64,000 nt of DNA from Vicugna vicugna (lineage: Eukaryota). Both the position numbers and the translations under genes were made by a program. This document shows positions 36,630-49,472 of this stretch, one piece after another (the stretch's first letter is position 1; each line of letters starts with the position of its first letter). The stretch covers positions 12,835-76,834 of the forward strand of contig MU061553.1 of the NCBI GenBank assembly GCA_013265495.1, given 5' to 3'. Below the pieces are notes generated by a model. That model saw nothing but the letters and a program-made list of their open reading frames with translations, did not search any database and had not been told where the DNA came from.

Positions 36630-37660
36630 TCTTAACAGTTTTAATACAATTCACCCAATAAAATGTACAGCGGTTTTTTCTCTATGCCCAGAATTGTGCA
36701 TCCCATTCAATCTTAGAACATTTTCATCCCCCCAAAAGGAAGCCCTGTATGCATAAGCAGTCATTCCCATCTTCACCATCCTACCCCAGCCCCAAGGAGC
36801 CACTCTTCTGTCTCTGTGGATTTGCCTGTGCTGGACATTTCACGTTAATCGAGTCACTTCATGGAAATGGAACCGTCTGTTGTGACTGACTTCTTTCACA
36901 CTGAGTAACGTTTTCAATATTTGTCCGCGTTGTGGCCTGGGTCAGTATTCTATGCTTTGCTATTGCTGAATTATATTCCACTGTATGGCTTGGCCCACTG
37001 TTTACCCATTCATCAGGTGATACTCATTTGGGTTGTTTCTGCTTTTTGGCTGTGATGAGTAGTGTCGCCGTGAAAATTCCTGTAGGAGTTTTTAGGTGGA
37101 CATTTGTTTTCAGTTCTCTTACGTGTGTGCCCAGAGAGCAGAATTGCTGGGTCATTCCGAAAGCAAATGTTCAACTCTCTGAGGACGTGCCAGGCTGTTT
37201 TCCAAAGCGGTCACGCTGTGTTACGTCCTCACCAGCAAGGGCTGCGATCTCCACTTCCTCTGTGTCCTCATTAGTGCTTGTTACTCTGTTTTTTATTATA
37301 ACCTATTGTAGTGAGTGTGAAGCGGTTTCTCCTAGTGGTTTTGACTTGATTTCCTTACAGCTAAAGATATTGAACATCGTTTCATTGTGCTTATTGGCCA
37401 TTTGTATATTTTCCTTGAAAAATATCTTTTCAGATCCTTTATTCACTTTCTAATTGAGTTGCCTTTTTATTCTTGAGTTGTAGGATTTTTTTTTTTCATT
37501 TGGAGATACAAATTCCTAATCAGATAAATGATTTGAAAAAATATTTTCTTGTGTGTTGTTTTATCACTTTCTGGATGGTGCCCTATCAAGCAAAGTTTTA
37601 AATTTTGATGAACTCAATTTAACTCTGTTTTTTTTGTTCCTTGTGCTTTTGGGGTAATAT
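36630..37660 (-). mobile_element. Old LINE-1 (L1MB-like) 3' region
   Basis: Typical antisense L1 sequence (ctgtctctgtggatttgcctgtgctggacatttc; gtgcttattggccatttgtat). Confidence 0.85.
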
Positions 37661-39929
37661 TTAAAATCTGAGGTATTTTATTTAAACTTTTATATATAAA
37701 ATAACTTAATTCTTAGGACCGTTCTAGGAGATGGGTGCTGTTGTTCCTCCCAGTCTGTGAATAGGAGACTGAGATGCGGAGAACTTCACTGACATATCAG
37801 TGTCACAGCTACCCAGTGCTGTGGGAGTCCAGACCCTCATGTTTGTCCCCAGCATCTGTGCTCTTCACCACCATGCTCCCCTCCTTCCTGGGATCGTTAA
37901 TGAAAAAGTCTTTCCTTTTTTGATTTCTTGTTAGTTTGTTTTCTCATTGGGGACCTCATCTCCTCATTTTCCTTGCAGAGATCAGTGTAGGTTTATTTTA
38001 GGTCTCATGTAGGCAGAAGCATTGCTATCAGTGAACTTCTTTATTACTCACTCTCGAGTGATGATTGTTGCTAGTTGACGTAATCAAGTCATGCTTAAGT
38101 CTTTCCTGCTCATGACACTAAAAACAGAGTCATTACTTACAGAATGCTCAAAGAAGAAAATACTTGATTGATTTTATTTTGCTACCCAATCAAACCAATC
38201 AAATAAAAACCCCAGTGTTGACACAGATTATAAGCCCTCCAGAATAGGGTCACTGTCTTCATTGTGTTTCATTTGTTTGGTCACAGTGTCTGGATAGTGC
38301 CTTGCTGTCCAGCAGTTTTGTTAGGATACGGTGCTCGTGAATCATTGTAAGGACAGAATTTTGACAACAGAGTGTGTTGTTCATTTCACGAGGGAAAAGA
38401 TAATATAGAAATTTTGCTCAGATCTATTTTAAAATTATGCTTGGAATTTTGAGAAGAGTTCAAGAAACCATGCAAAGATCTTTTTCACTAATTTTAGATC
38501 TATCTTAGACACATTATGGTTACATAGCAGAGTAATTTATCAGCTAGATTTGACAAGAGGAGTATATTATTGATTATTTGTTTTAGTTGAAATATTCTAC
38601 CTGGGGTAAAGTAATCAGTGCCCATAAATGAACAAATGTAACTTTGTATTTCTATGCAACATGGGAGAAGACTTCATATGTTACTATATAATATATATGA
38701 TTGTCTGTTTTAATCTGTCAGTGTTTTTATAGTTTTTCAGCAATGTTGTAACTTTAGAATTCTTCTAAGAAATTCACTCCCAATTCTAGTGCAGTTTGTA
38801 CTGTGTTTCCTGTCATGCATGGGATTCCACTGTCCCCTCAGTGAGGAATTTCCTCTCCTATTGAGTTAGTAGCAGAGTTAAAGGAACTGTGATTTCTAGG
38901 CCTTTGCTCTTCATGTGTTTGCAGTTGGCTGTCAACCACGATTTTCCGTTTCTTGAGTTTTCATTGTTCAATTAGAATTTTTGAAAATAACTATTAATAT
39001 GTTGCATCGGTCTCCCTAGAAACTTGATGTGTTTGTGCTTTGCAGTTTTCAATTTATGAAAAATGTAAATGCACTCTTGTCTTTAAGTAGTCCTTTTTCA
39101 CTAGATATTTGTTTACCTCTTTATAGTTAAAATATTTATTTCCCAATGAATGAATCGGTGTGCATGTTTTAAAAGATACCTTACTTTTTATTTTTCTGAT
39201 TGTAACAGTTATATTCATTGTAGAGAATTTAGAAGATAAGAATAAACAAAATACTAACTTAAAAATGGCCTCTAACCTCACCTGGAGATACAGTTGTAAG
39301 GTTTGAAATTGAGAATTACAAGTCCTCTCACGTTGTTCTTCTTATTCAAGTACGTTTTGGTTACTGAGACCCTCGAATTCCCATATGAATTGTAGCAGCA
39401 GCTAGTCAGTTACTGCAGAGGAGCCCGCTGGGATTGTGATCGAGACCACGTTGAATATACGGATCGCTCTGGGAGCACTGCCATTCCAAGAGCACTGTCT
39501 TCTGATCCAGGAATATGCGTGGTGTGTCTGTCCAAGTATTTAGGTCTTTAATTTTTTTCAACAATGCGTTGACTTTACATAGTATTATTTTACTTTATTT
39601 TTTTTTGGCTTTATACTGAAGACAAGTGTGCAAGGTACCGGGATCAGAAGTGTATTTGAGCCCCGCCACTTGCTGCCAACATGGATGCTGCGCTCTTGCT
39701 TTGCCCTCTGTACAATCTTGCACAAAATAGGACCTCAGTAACTCTCTCTTGAATGAATGATTATATGATTGTTGGATGATGCTTGAGAGTCCTTGTGATG
39801 ATGTCTTTTTCCCAGTCTTTCCCTTCTTCTTAACTATGCCCTTTCTCTTCCTTTCCTCCAGCCTGTGTTTCAGCCTGTCTGTGGAATTGATTTTCTCTGT
39901 CTGTAGAATCTTCCTTTCACTGGTTCACG

Positions 39930-40673
39930 ATAATGTTACGTGTGGACTGTGGAAACTTGCTAGATTTCAAGAAAGAGCAAATCCATTGCATGCTTGTATT
40001 TTTAGACTGTGGTATTCTTTTATCGATTGAAATTAAATCAGACTGACCCCCTGAGCCCTCCCGTGAGCTCTTTTCGCCTTCCTACAGGTGATACTGATTT
40101 GGTTGCTGCATGTGCCCTTCCCCCATCCTTGGTTTTGGATTTGAGTAAGTCACCATTGTGGGGAGCCACTCATGACCTGAGGACGGCCGGCACAAAACAG
40201 GATAATAAATCTTGAGTGCTAGCATCAGGCTTTGAGGTTGATCTATCAAAGACAATCTCTGTCCCGCCACCCCTTTGGGATGTTTGCGCCAAGGAATCTT
40301 AAAACCTCAGGAACGTCCTATACTAATGAGACACTAATGGCCTTTGAGCAAGAAGATACAATCAGCATACAAGTTACTGATCTAAGCCTATGGCGGTTTA
40401 TGGAAACAATACACAAGTTAATGATTTTACTACACGCTGTCAGGTGGTCTTAAGTTTAGAAGACAATGCCTTTGCCTACATGAAGGAATGCACACTCTAG
40501 CTGGTTGAAATTGTATAAATTAACTGCTGAAAATAAACTCGTCGTCCATTCTTGGCCTTGCGTCTTGCAGGCTTAGAGTGCGACCCTCTCAACCCCACCT
40601 TTTAGTGTCTTCTTTCTTTTCTCAGTCCTGTAGAACAGGTTTCTGGACCTGCTCGTTGTCGGCTGGCTCCGAC
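39930..40673 (+). mobile_element. Probable solo LTR
   Basis: TATAAA (~40514) and AATAAA (~40532), with a U5-like end ggctggctccgaca; 5' boundary approximate. Confidence 0.5.
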
Positions 40674-42538
40674 ACACAATCAGTGGAGCCCTCTCTTTAA
40701 AAGATGAAGAGAACATTTGCTCCTTCACCCTGGCTGGGGACTTGGATCAGATGAGGTACCAGATAAAGAATGGAGCCCCACCTCATTCTGACCCCCTCTC
40801 TTCCCATTCCTTTCTCCAGGGGAAAAGAGAACAATTCAATGGTATAAAGATTGTGAGCTAATGAGATAGACAAGACAACCGAACATTTATTAAATACCCT
40901 TTCATGCCAGAAACAAATGTATTATACACACAAAAAGCACCTAAAGCACGGTAGTACTGTGGTTACAAACGTGGGTCCGAGTTCGAGTCCTGCTCTGGAG
41001 TGACCAGCCCTGTGAGATGGAGAACACGTAGGTCGGCTTAGCCTCTCCCGGACTTGTTTTCTGCAGAGACGGGGCTCGCTAGACGTCCCCCCCGTAGAGG
41101 TGCTGTGGGGTGTAAATGACGCGCGTGGGCAGCCCGAGCACAGCTGCTCGTTCCTTGTAAGTGCAGGATAGCATAGCTTTTGCGGTGACAGCTTTATGAC
41201 CGCCCCGTGTAGACTCTCAGTGCTCCAAGGGGTTGCCTTGTGGTTTGGAGAGGGGATTCTCAATTCTGTAAATACCCAAGGATTGTGTTATTGGGCCCTG
41301 CTGATTTGAATCCATTCTTTAGAAAGAACATATTATAGATATATTTTTCAAGGATGCATGCTTTTTTTCTTTTATTATTTATAATTCTTCCCTCTCATCT
41401 CCTGGTGTGACTTTTCATGGAATCCAGGAAACAGTCCTAAGCCACCTGCCTCTTCACACTTCTCCGTGGTGGTTTTCCTCCCTGTCTAGAAGAGGGTTTT
41501 GCATAGGAAATTTTCTTTGTTCCCCTTTCCTTGGAGTCTCTCTGTTTGTCTGCCCAACTCTCACCTGCCCATCTGTCTCTTTCTCTACCCACTCATTCTT
41601 CTGACTTGTTCGAAGAAGCATTTTAGGCAGCTTACAGAAGAACAGATACCAAATAAACAGGTGAGAAAATGGGGCCAAGTTCAGACAGTGAAGCTAGGAG
41701 GCGAGCCTTTGTGAGTGTTGCAGGCGTGAGACACACGCCTCTGCCTTGTGACTTATAAGATCAACAGCAAGAGTGTGCCTGAGGCTCCCAGCAGACACAG
41801 GGAACAGGGTTTGTGGGAGATGCTCACTGGCTGTGAAATAAATAAGTGGCTTAGGAGAAGCCCAGCCTTTCCAGCTACTAAGGCTTAGGAGAATATTTTG
41901 AGTGTCTTCCAAAATCAGAGTATTGCATCGTTTCATTTGTCACAGTTCTACGTGTAGTTGGTTACATTCTATACCTGGAAATTTCTCCAAAACTGCTTCC
42001 TACGTGAGTCCCATGGCTCGGGAATGGGGTGGTTCTGCTCATTGACCGGTGTTGGCCAGAAACAGAAAATGACAGCCTCCAAGTTGCCTGCGATTTGTCA
42101 GTTATGTTTTGTCAGTGCTGTAGATTTCAGAAAATGCTTTCACACTTTCTCTCCATCTGAGGCGGCAGCGTGCTCTCTTACCAGCATCAGGAGCTCAGGG
42201 CCACGGGATGGTGGGGGCTGACTGCACTGCCGTCAAGACAGCTAAGGTAGTCACTGCAGGCGTGGTGCTTTTACGTAGTGCATTTCATGTTCTTTAATAG
42301 AAGGTTTTAACAGAGAGTTAATTAACTGAGTTAATTAACATTTAATAAATATGATGCTTTGTTGAAAAGACAGGTATAGGCTGAATATATGCTGTGAAGA
42401 CTTTAAAAACGGTTTCATTACTGAAATTTCAGTAGGGAAGATTCACAGTTTAACTTATTTATGCCTCTCTATTAAAATAAAAATGAAACAAGACAGAAAA
42501 GGCAGAGGATGATCTCTGTTCTTCCTCTCGGCTTGCAG

Positions 42539-42658
42539 GTGCCCTCACCTCCAGTGGTATCAATCCGGACACCAGCACTGACACTGGCCGTGCTCAGAAC
42601 TGCCTCAGCCCTGAAGCAAATCTGACATACAGAAGGGGGCCACGCCCTGTTACAGCAG
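42539..42658 (+). pseudogene. TRAPPC9: TRAPPC9 pseudo-exon 6
   Basis: ttgcag|[26 protein letters not shown], then a frameshift, ending tacagcag|gt. Confidence 0.93.
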
Positions 42659-43149
42659 GTGCTCTCACTTTGTGGGTCCTTATGTAACTGCGCGGTGTTT
42701 TTCAGGATCGCCCTTTCTACATTGTGTGACGCTGCTGCTGTGTTTCCTAGTTAATTATTTCTGTAAGTACTCGTGTATTATTCTCCAATGCGTGGTACTA
42801 GACATCTAAAAATGCTTTTTTTCAGATGAAAAATAATGTGTATTTAATATAATATGTATGGAAAAAAGGGCAAAAGGGGCTATCCTGGTTCCACTACTCA
42901 GAGGTAATAATTAACACTTTAGCATCTAGTTTCTATTCTTTTCGTCAGTGTGTATCACATCTGTCATAAAAACCAGAGAGCACACTGTGCCTGTTTACTG
43001 TGTGGAGACCGCCATTTTACATTCGGCTTATTACATGTTTTTCTACAATATTCTATCTCCCCTGGCACGATTTTTAATGACCGGTATAGCATTCTGTCTT
43101 GTGGAAGCACCGTCCACTTTACTTCGGACTTAAATCAACTTTTAAACTC

Positions 43150-45250
43150 CAAGTATACTTCCCTGAAATACTGAAAAGAGAACTGTGGTGGTACCGAAAG
43201 GCCCCTACCTCTCTTCCCCTTATTTCCTGAGAGTAAAAACTGTTGACAATGTGGTGTATATATTTCATGACCTTTATGCCTATGACATATATATATACAC
43301 ATACATACATACTCTTATGTAAGATATCTATATATATATGTGTGTGTATATATGCTTTATTGAAAAATAAGGCCATACTATATGCTTTCTGCAGCTCGGT
43401 TTATTCACTCAGGGGTATATCATAGGCGTCCTCCCACTCCAGACTCACACGGTCCTTTCAGAGTGGAGGGGTCTCCTGATGTGCAGGTGCGGTCTCTTGT
43501 GTAAGGACACGTTTAGTGGGAGAGTGCTGTGGACAAGGCCCTGGACCACGCCGAAACGCCGACCCCTCAGTGCCCACAGCTCGCCGTGATTTACCGCATC
43601 ATTGTCTTGATGGTGGACACTTAAGTTTTCTCCATTTTCCACTGTCAGAAAGGATGTTTGACTGGCATGCTGCTTGTACAGACATTCCTGTGATCTTGTA
43701 TGAGTATTCCTTTAGTTAAGGCTTCTGGAAATTTAGTCCCTGGATGTGACATTTACATTCATCACAGGCTCCTTTCAAGTGACTCTAGAAATTCCTTCTC
43801 CAGTGGGGAATGAAAAGATGTAGAATAACTTATGTAACCAATTCTCTATCGCTGGATATGATTTCACTTCAGCTTTTCTTCCCATCATTGTAAACAGTGC
43901 TGTGTAAATGCCCTGATGAGTACATCTTTTTGAACTGATTTTTTTTTCTAAACGAAACGATTCCTAAAAGTGGAGTTGAGTCTGTGTGTACACACGTTTT
44001 TCAGAGTTTACATATCCATTGACATGTCGTCCTCCAAAATGTTGCTCACAGTTTGTTCTCTCACAGATGGACACTAGCTAGAATATCTTTTAAAAATATT
44101 TGCCAATATGATGAGCAAAAGTGCTTTTTCATTGTTTTAGTTTGCACTTGATGACCAGTGAGGTATTGAGCATTTTTCACCCATTACCCATCTGACTTTT
44201 AAAAAGTGAATGATCCCTTTTGTCCATTGCACACTTTTATGTGTGGGAGCTTCTTGTTGCTTTGTGACAGCTATTTGTATGTTATGAACATTAACCCCTT
44301 GTCTTCATCAACATGTATCACAGAGCTTTTCCTTGTAATTTCCTGCCTTTCATTTTGTTCAGTAGGTTTATTTTTGTTGTGGCTCAAAATATTCTTAAGA
44401 TAGTAAATGTCTTCTTTTTGGGTTTTACCTTTGGTATTTTTCTTAGAAATACTATCTTATAATGGTATAAATCTCTTCTGTAGGTTTTTTTAATCTCTAA
44501 GATGGAGATGAAAATAGTACTTGTTATAGTGAGGAGAAGTTGAATTAATATGAGCAAAGATTTGTATTTGCTGTTATTAGTACTTTCTAATATTTACATC
44601 CCTATCTGTAATTTTTCTTGTGGTCATTATGACTGGAATAGAATTTGTTCTTTCCAGGTGATTCTCTGATTGTCCCAGGACAATTATTGAATTCATACTT
44701 TGCTCTTTGATTTGAAATCCCACCTGTACAAAATACTTATGTACACTAGAGTCTCTTTTTGAGCCCATGGTTTATTTTTGTCAATCTTACTTTCTTACTC
44801 CAGATCTATATCTTACATATTGTAAAAATTTATTTAATAACTGACAGTGTGATTTTTTTTGTTTTCTTCCTTCCCAAATTTTCTTGGCTAGTATTATGAC
44901 TTTATTATTCCTGAAGAATTCTAAAATTCTTTGCTCAAGTTAAAAAAAAATCAGATAAGAGTTTCCATGGGATTTTTTTTGTAATTTTTGAATTATCTTT
45001 AGGAAAACATACATCTTTACAAAACTGCTTTCCTCCATACAATATGTTGATGTCTCTACATTCACACCTCTTACTTTACCCCTCAGTACATTCCTGTAGT
45101 TTCTTCATGTACAACATGGGCATTATTTTTGAGTTTATTCCAGTTTATTGTTGATGTTTTTGTTAATTTTGTAAGTGAGAATTTTTTGCTATTATATTTT
45201 TTAACTGTTTAAACTGACACATAGGAAGGCAGATTCGGTTTGTAAATATT
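43150..45250 (-). mobile_element. Degenerate ancient LINE-1 (L1ME-like) fragments
   Basis: T-rich sequence with scattered antisense L1 motifs; boundaries approximate. Confidence 0.55.
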
Positions 45251-46216
45251 CACTTTGAAACTTGTCATTTAAAATTGTAAGTATTAAGTACTTGTTCCAG
45301 AATCCTTTCTTTTCTGTTTTTCAAAATTTGTTTCCAAGATTATCAAAATGGTCATAGCTAAGTAGAACACGTGTGGAGACAGATGGAGAGAGGTAGTGTG
45401 GCTCATGTGCAAACTGTGAGCAATTTCATGGCTGCCTTTAGGCTGGAGAAGCCACAGAAGAGCCCAGGTTAGACCAGGGGAGGCTTTGTCTGCACTTGAA
45501 AGCCAGCTTTCCTGCCTTTATTGTGAAGCCCGGTGGGCGTGGGAGGTAGATGATCAAGGTCCGATGGAGGTCATTGGCTGCACAGAGCACTGTGTCTGTG
45601 AGAACTGGAGACCATCGCCATGGGAAATGCTTGGTGCCAAGAACACTGCAGGGGAGCTGGGGATCCTGTGTGTTAAGGATTTTCCAGTCCTGGGAGAGGG
45701 AAGAGCAGACTCTCCATTCAGATCTGAGTTTGAACTCATCCTCTCTTTTTTACTGGTCCTCTGACTTTTGTCAATTAGATGCCCTCTTTGAACTCCTGTT
45801 TTCTTGTCTCTGAAAATAGGAGAATTACGGCCTGCTGCTAGAGTGTTTGATCAGAGTAAATGATTTGTGTCTATAACATGCCACGTACAGTCACAAGCTC
45901 AGTGAGAAATGGGCTGTCGCCTCTTCTTCTGCAACTCAGTGCTTGACAAGACATGGGGGAAAGCCAGTCCCTAATTTGTGTGCGATGCAAGTGGGAACAA
46001 AATTAATGTCTTGCGTTTCCCTAGCAGTATTCTTACACCTTTGCTTCATTTACTTCTTTCCTCCTTTCCTTTCCCCTTTCCCCTCCACCACAAAAAGTCC
46101 CTGAGACTCTCTCAGAACACTAGATTCAAATTACTTTAAAGGTTTGCTCATTCTCATGAAATGACAGTAACATAAAAAAAGTCTGTACACGTCCCAGAAT
46201 TCATTGTATTTGATTT

Positions 46217-46235
46217 ACACACACGCGCGCGTGCG

Positions 46236-46277
<42 letters not shown>
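46217..46277. repeat. (CA)n/(CG)n compound microsatellite
   Basis: 61 bp of alternating purine-pyrimidine. Confidence 0.95.
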
Positions 46278-46279
<2 letters not shown>

Positions 46280-47646
46280 CTACCTCCCACTTGCTGAGGG
46301 AGAAGGACCACTTTTTCTGAGTTTTCATTCACTGAGCGTGAGAGCAAAGTCTCTTACGCAGACTTTCACCAGGCTTCGTCCATGGTATTTTTAATTGGAT
46401 TTCTGCTTTGTGGCCATTGATATATTCTCCTAATAGAAGAGAGGAAGTGGAGACATAGACATTCTGCTGAAATATTGGTGTCATCATATTTGAGTTGGAA
46501 AGGACATAAGACAGCATAGAGTCGTAACTTTTTATGCGTGAGGATCCATGATAGTGTAACATGGAAAACAACCTGGGTCTTCTGCCATCGTGTCCACGCG
46601 GGTGAAGAGGCAATTGGGTGGGGGATGGCAGGGATCCCTCTTGTTTGAGTTCCAGGGTCTTGCTAGTTTTCATTGCTCAGCTGCCTTTAGTTTATGTGCA
46701 TGTGGCCTCTCATGGGAAGGTCACTCTGTCCTAATAGACTGAGTTTCTAATCAGCAAAAAGCTCTGGACCCACTCATATTTCCCAGAGTTTTTCTGCTGA
46801 CCTGCTGACACTTTATATAAATGAGACCTAAGAAACTACTGGATATAAAAACCTTATTGTTATCGTTTGCCCTCGACTTCCATAGGAATGGGGTGCTGTC
46901 TCAGGCTGTCTAAGGCTAGATCTGAACAAAGATAGGGTGACAGGCTGTGCTGCTGGACCCTCCACATTCGAAGGGGATTTCCACCTCAGTTTTTAAAATC
47001 AGGCAGATGAGTGCAAATCTTGCCTTTACCAGTTATTAGCTTTGTGACCTTGGGGAAGAAACTGTACTTTTTTGTGTCCAATTTTCTTTGTCTGTTAATA
47101 AGTTCAGTATTTATCTTAAGGTTTTTGTTTTAGAATTGATTGAGCTAATTCCCTCATTTGTACCTAAAATACTGATCGCGTGGTTCTATGCTGGTGCCTT
47201 GGTAGTTGATTACTAAGGGACTCAGCAGTGAGAATAGGGGTGGGGGACCCCTGGATAATAGAGCTTATATTCCAGGATATGCTTGTTAAAGACTGGATGT
47301 GCATTTATCCACTCCTTTCCTAATCTGCACTGGTTGTGTATATATCTTTATACTATTATATGAACAATTTTAATTGCAATTTAAATCTGTAGTATTTAAA
47401 ATATGTAGCTATAACAAAAATACGTGAAATAAGATGATTTGACTTTTATTTCCTTTTCAATAAGCAAAACAATATAAAATGGAAAAGAATAAAAGTTTTG
47501 AAGGAGTAGAAATAATTTTATTTCTGTGGAATCAATTCCGTATAATAGGTTTTTTGGTTGTGTTGTTAAACAGCATATAAAATTGATAGGTTGTGACATA
47601 TTGGAAATGAGGAAACAGTGGAGACATACTAACTCCAATGACATTT

Positions 47647-48181
47647 TGTTACAAGTCCGAACTCGTTCTGCTTGCTGCATGACAGGCCAATAAATCAGGA
47701 GATGAGGTGTTGGAGCAAGGAATAGTGACTTTATATGAAAGGCTGGCAGACCCAGAAGATGGCATAATGATACCTGGAGACCCGTCTTCCCCAAGTCAGA
47801 ATTCCATCTCCTTTTATACTAAAAAGGGGCGGGGGTGTGGTTGGTTGTTGCAAACTTCTTGCCGTACGAATTGTTTGTCCTTGGAATCCTTTGTTCTTGC
47901 AGCTGTCCATGTGGATCAATTCATGGTGCCCCTGTAATACCTCCAAAGAAACTAAGGTTATCCTCTATTTTGCAACTTGCCATCTCTACATAAGTGCAGA
48001 AGAGCTAACATCCTTAAAGATCAGAGCCCAGAGAATAGGCTCTCCTGGATATTTCAGGCTAAAAGCAACTTTCTTTTACAAAAGTGCAGAGTTAGCAAGT
48101 CTGAGCCTAGAAAACAGGGCACAGGTTTAAAGCCAAAGAGACACATATAACATGGAGTCAAATTTGTTCTTTTCTATTACA
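47647..48181 (-). mobile_element. ERV1 solo LTR with a perfect 4-bp TSD
   Basis: attt|TGTTAC...ATTACA|attt; homologous to 10394-10877. Confidence 0.92.
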
Positions 48182-49348
48182 ATTTCTTTTTCCACCTCAT
48201 AAATAAATTTAGTAAGATACATGAGCAATTATTTTTTTATTTTTGATTCTTAATAACGGATTATTGGGCCAAGTACATTTTTGTGAGCAGGGATGCTTTG
48301 TTTGCCTTGGGGTCACAGCAAAGTCTTGATGGGGGTGGTCGACCCTGCAATATATCTGATACCCCTTGAGTGTTAGTGAGGGTCCCCCTAATCAGGGGCT
48401 CTCTTCAGGAACCAGCATATGGGCATTGACCTCTGAAGACCTCTTTTTTAGAGGCAGGAATTTTTTTCAGTTACTGTGATTGAAAAATCACTCTAGCTGG
48501 GGAAAATTAGGGAATAAAGGAAGAGGAAAAGGGCTTGGAGTAGAGTAGAAGAGAAGGACAGAAGATCAGGGTGCCTGGGGGCTTGGCAGCGGGGCCTCGG
48601 GAGAGAGAGGAGCAGAGGTGGGGAGGGGCCCGGCTCCGGAACCAGCTACTGCACCTGTCCCCACGCCCAAGCCACACAGCTTTTAATTGGCCCAGGACAC
48701 TCTCCTGTCTGGATGTCACCCTGGGCAGAACCTTGAGAATCGAAGGTAAGTGGTGGGCAGCATTCACCTGGGGGGTCACTGAGGACTTTGGTCAAGTCCA
48801 CAGTGCCTTTTCTGGTCATGTGACTTCACTTGTCCTTTATTTCAGGATCTGAGACGCAGGAGCAAGGAACTCAGGGAGAGATCCAGGAAGACATCTGACA
48901 GTTTTAAGAGACGACAGTCACAGCGACACGGGGAGAGGAGACACTTACAGCAAGGTAAAATGACTTCACAACTATTGCATCAGAGCTGCAGGGGAGAGAG
49001 AGCCCAAGCCTGTCTCAGAGTGCAGGGGACAAGCGGAAAGGAATGGTAAAATTTCCACTGACAATTGAAATTTTGTTAAATAGCCTGCTACTGTTAATTG
49101 TATCACTTGAATGTACGCAGGTGTATTTCTGTGAGCATTTATAGGTTCACACAACCCCACCAGCCCCTCTTGACCCCTTCGGGGATGGGCTTTCTCAAGC
49201 ACAGTGCCCCTCCTGCTTGGGAGGGCCACGCTGCGGGTCCTCGCCTGGGGCCGGGCTGCCGCAGGGCACTGAGTCCCCGAGGCACGGCCTGCGAGTCACG
49301 ACAGGAACATCTCTGCTCTTGCCTGAGGTCCTCCTTTTCCCCCTACAG

Positions 49349-49472
49349 TGTAAGAATGCCGGTGACTCAGTTAGAAGCATGCTTCTAAGCTGTCCATGTC
49401 CTTGCCATCCAGAAGCGGAGCCTGGAAGCTTCCGAAATTCTCCAGAATGCGGTTTACATTCACCTTCGACAG
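49349..49472 (+). pseudogene. TRAPPC9: TRAPPC9 pseudo-exon 7
   Basis: ctacag|[40 protein letters not shown]|gtgagt; one frameshift and one stop. Confidence 0.94.

Larger units (their letters stand above)
16359..49472 (+). pseudogene. TRAPPC9: Unprocessed, 3'-truncated TRAPPC9 (NIBP) pseudogene
   Basis: Five degenerate exons in the correct order and strand with introns retained; multiple stops and frameshifts; no downstream TRAPPC9 exons seen before the unit repeats. Confidence 0.95.

Noticed and set aside
16359..49472. Functional TRAPPC9 gene with sequencing errors
   Set aside because: Lesions occur in every exon (lost ATG, stops, deletions, dead acceptor) together with many missense changes, and downstream exons are absent.
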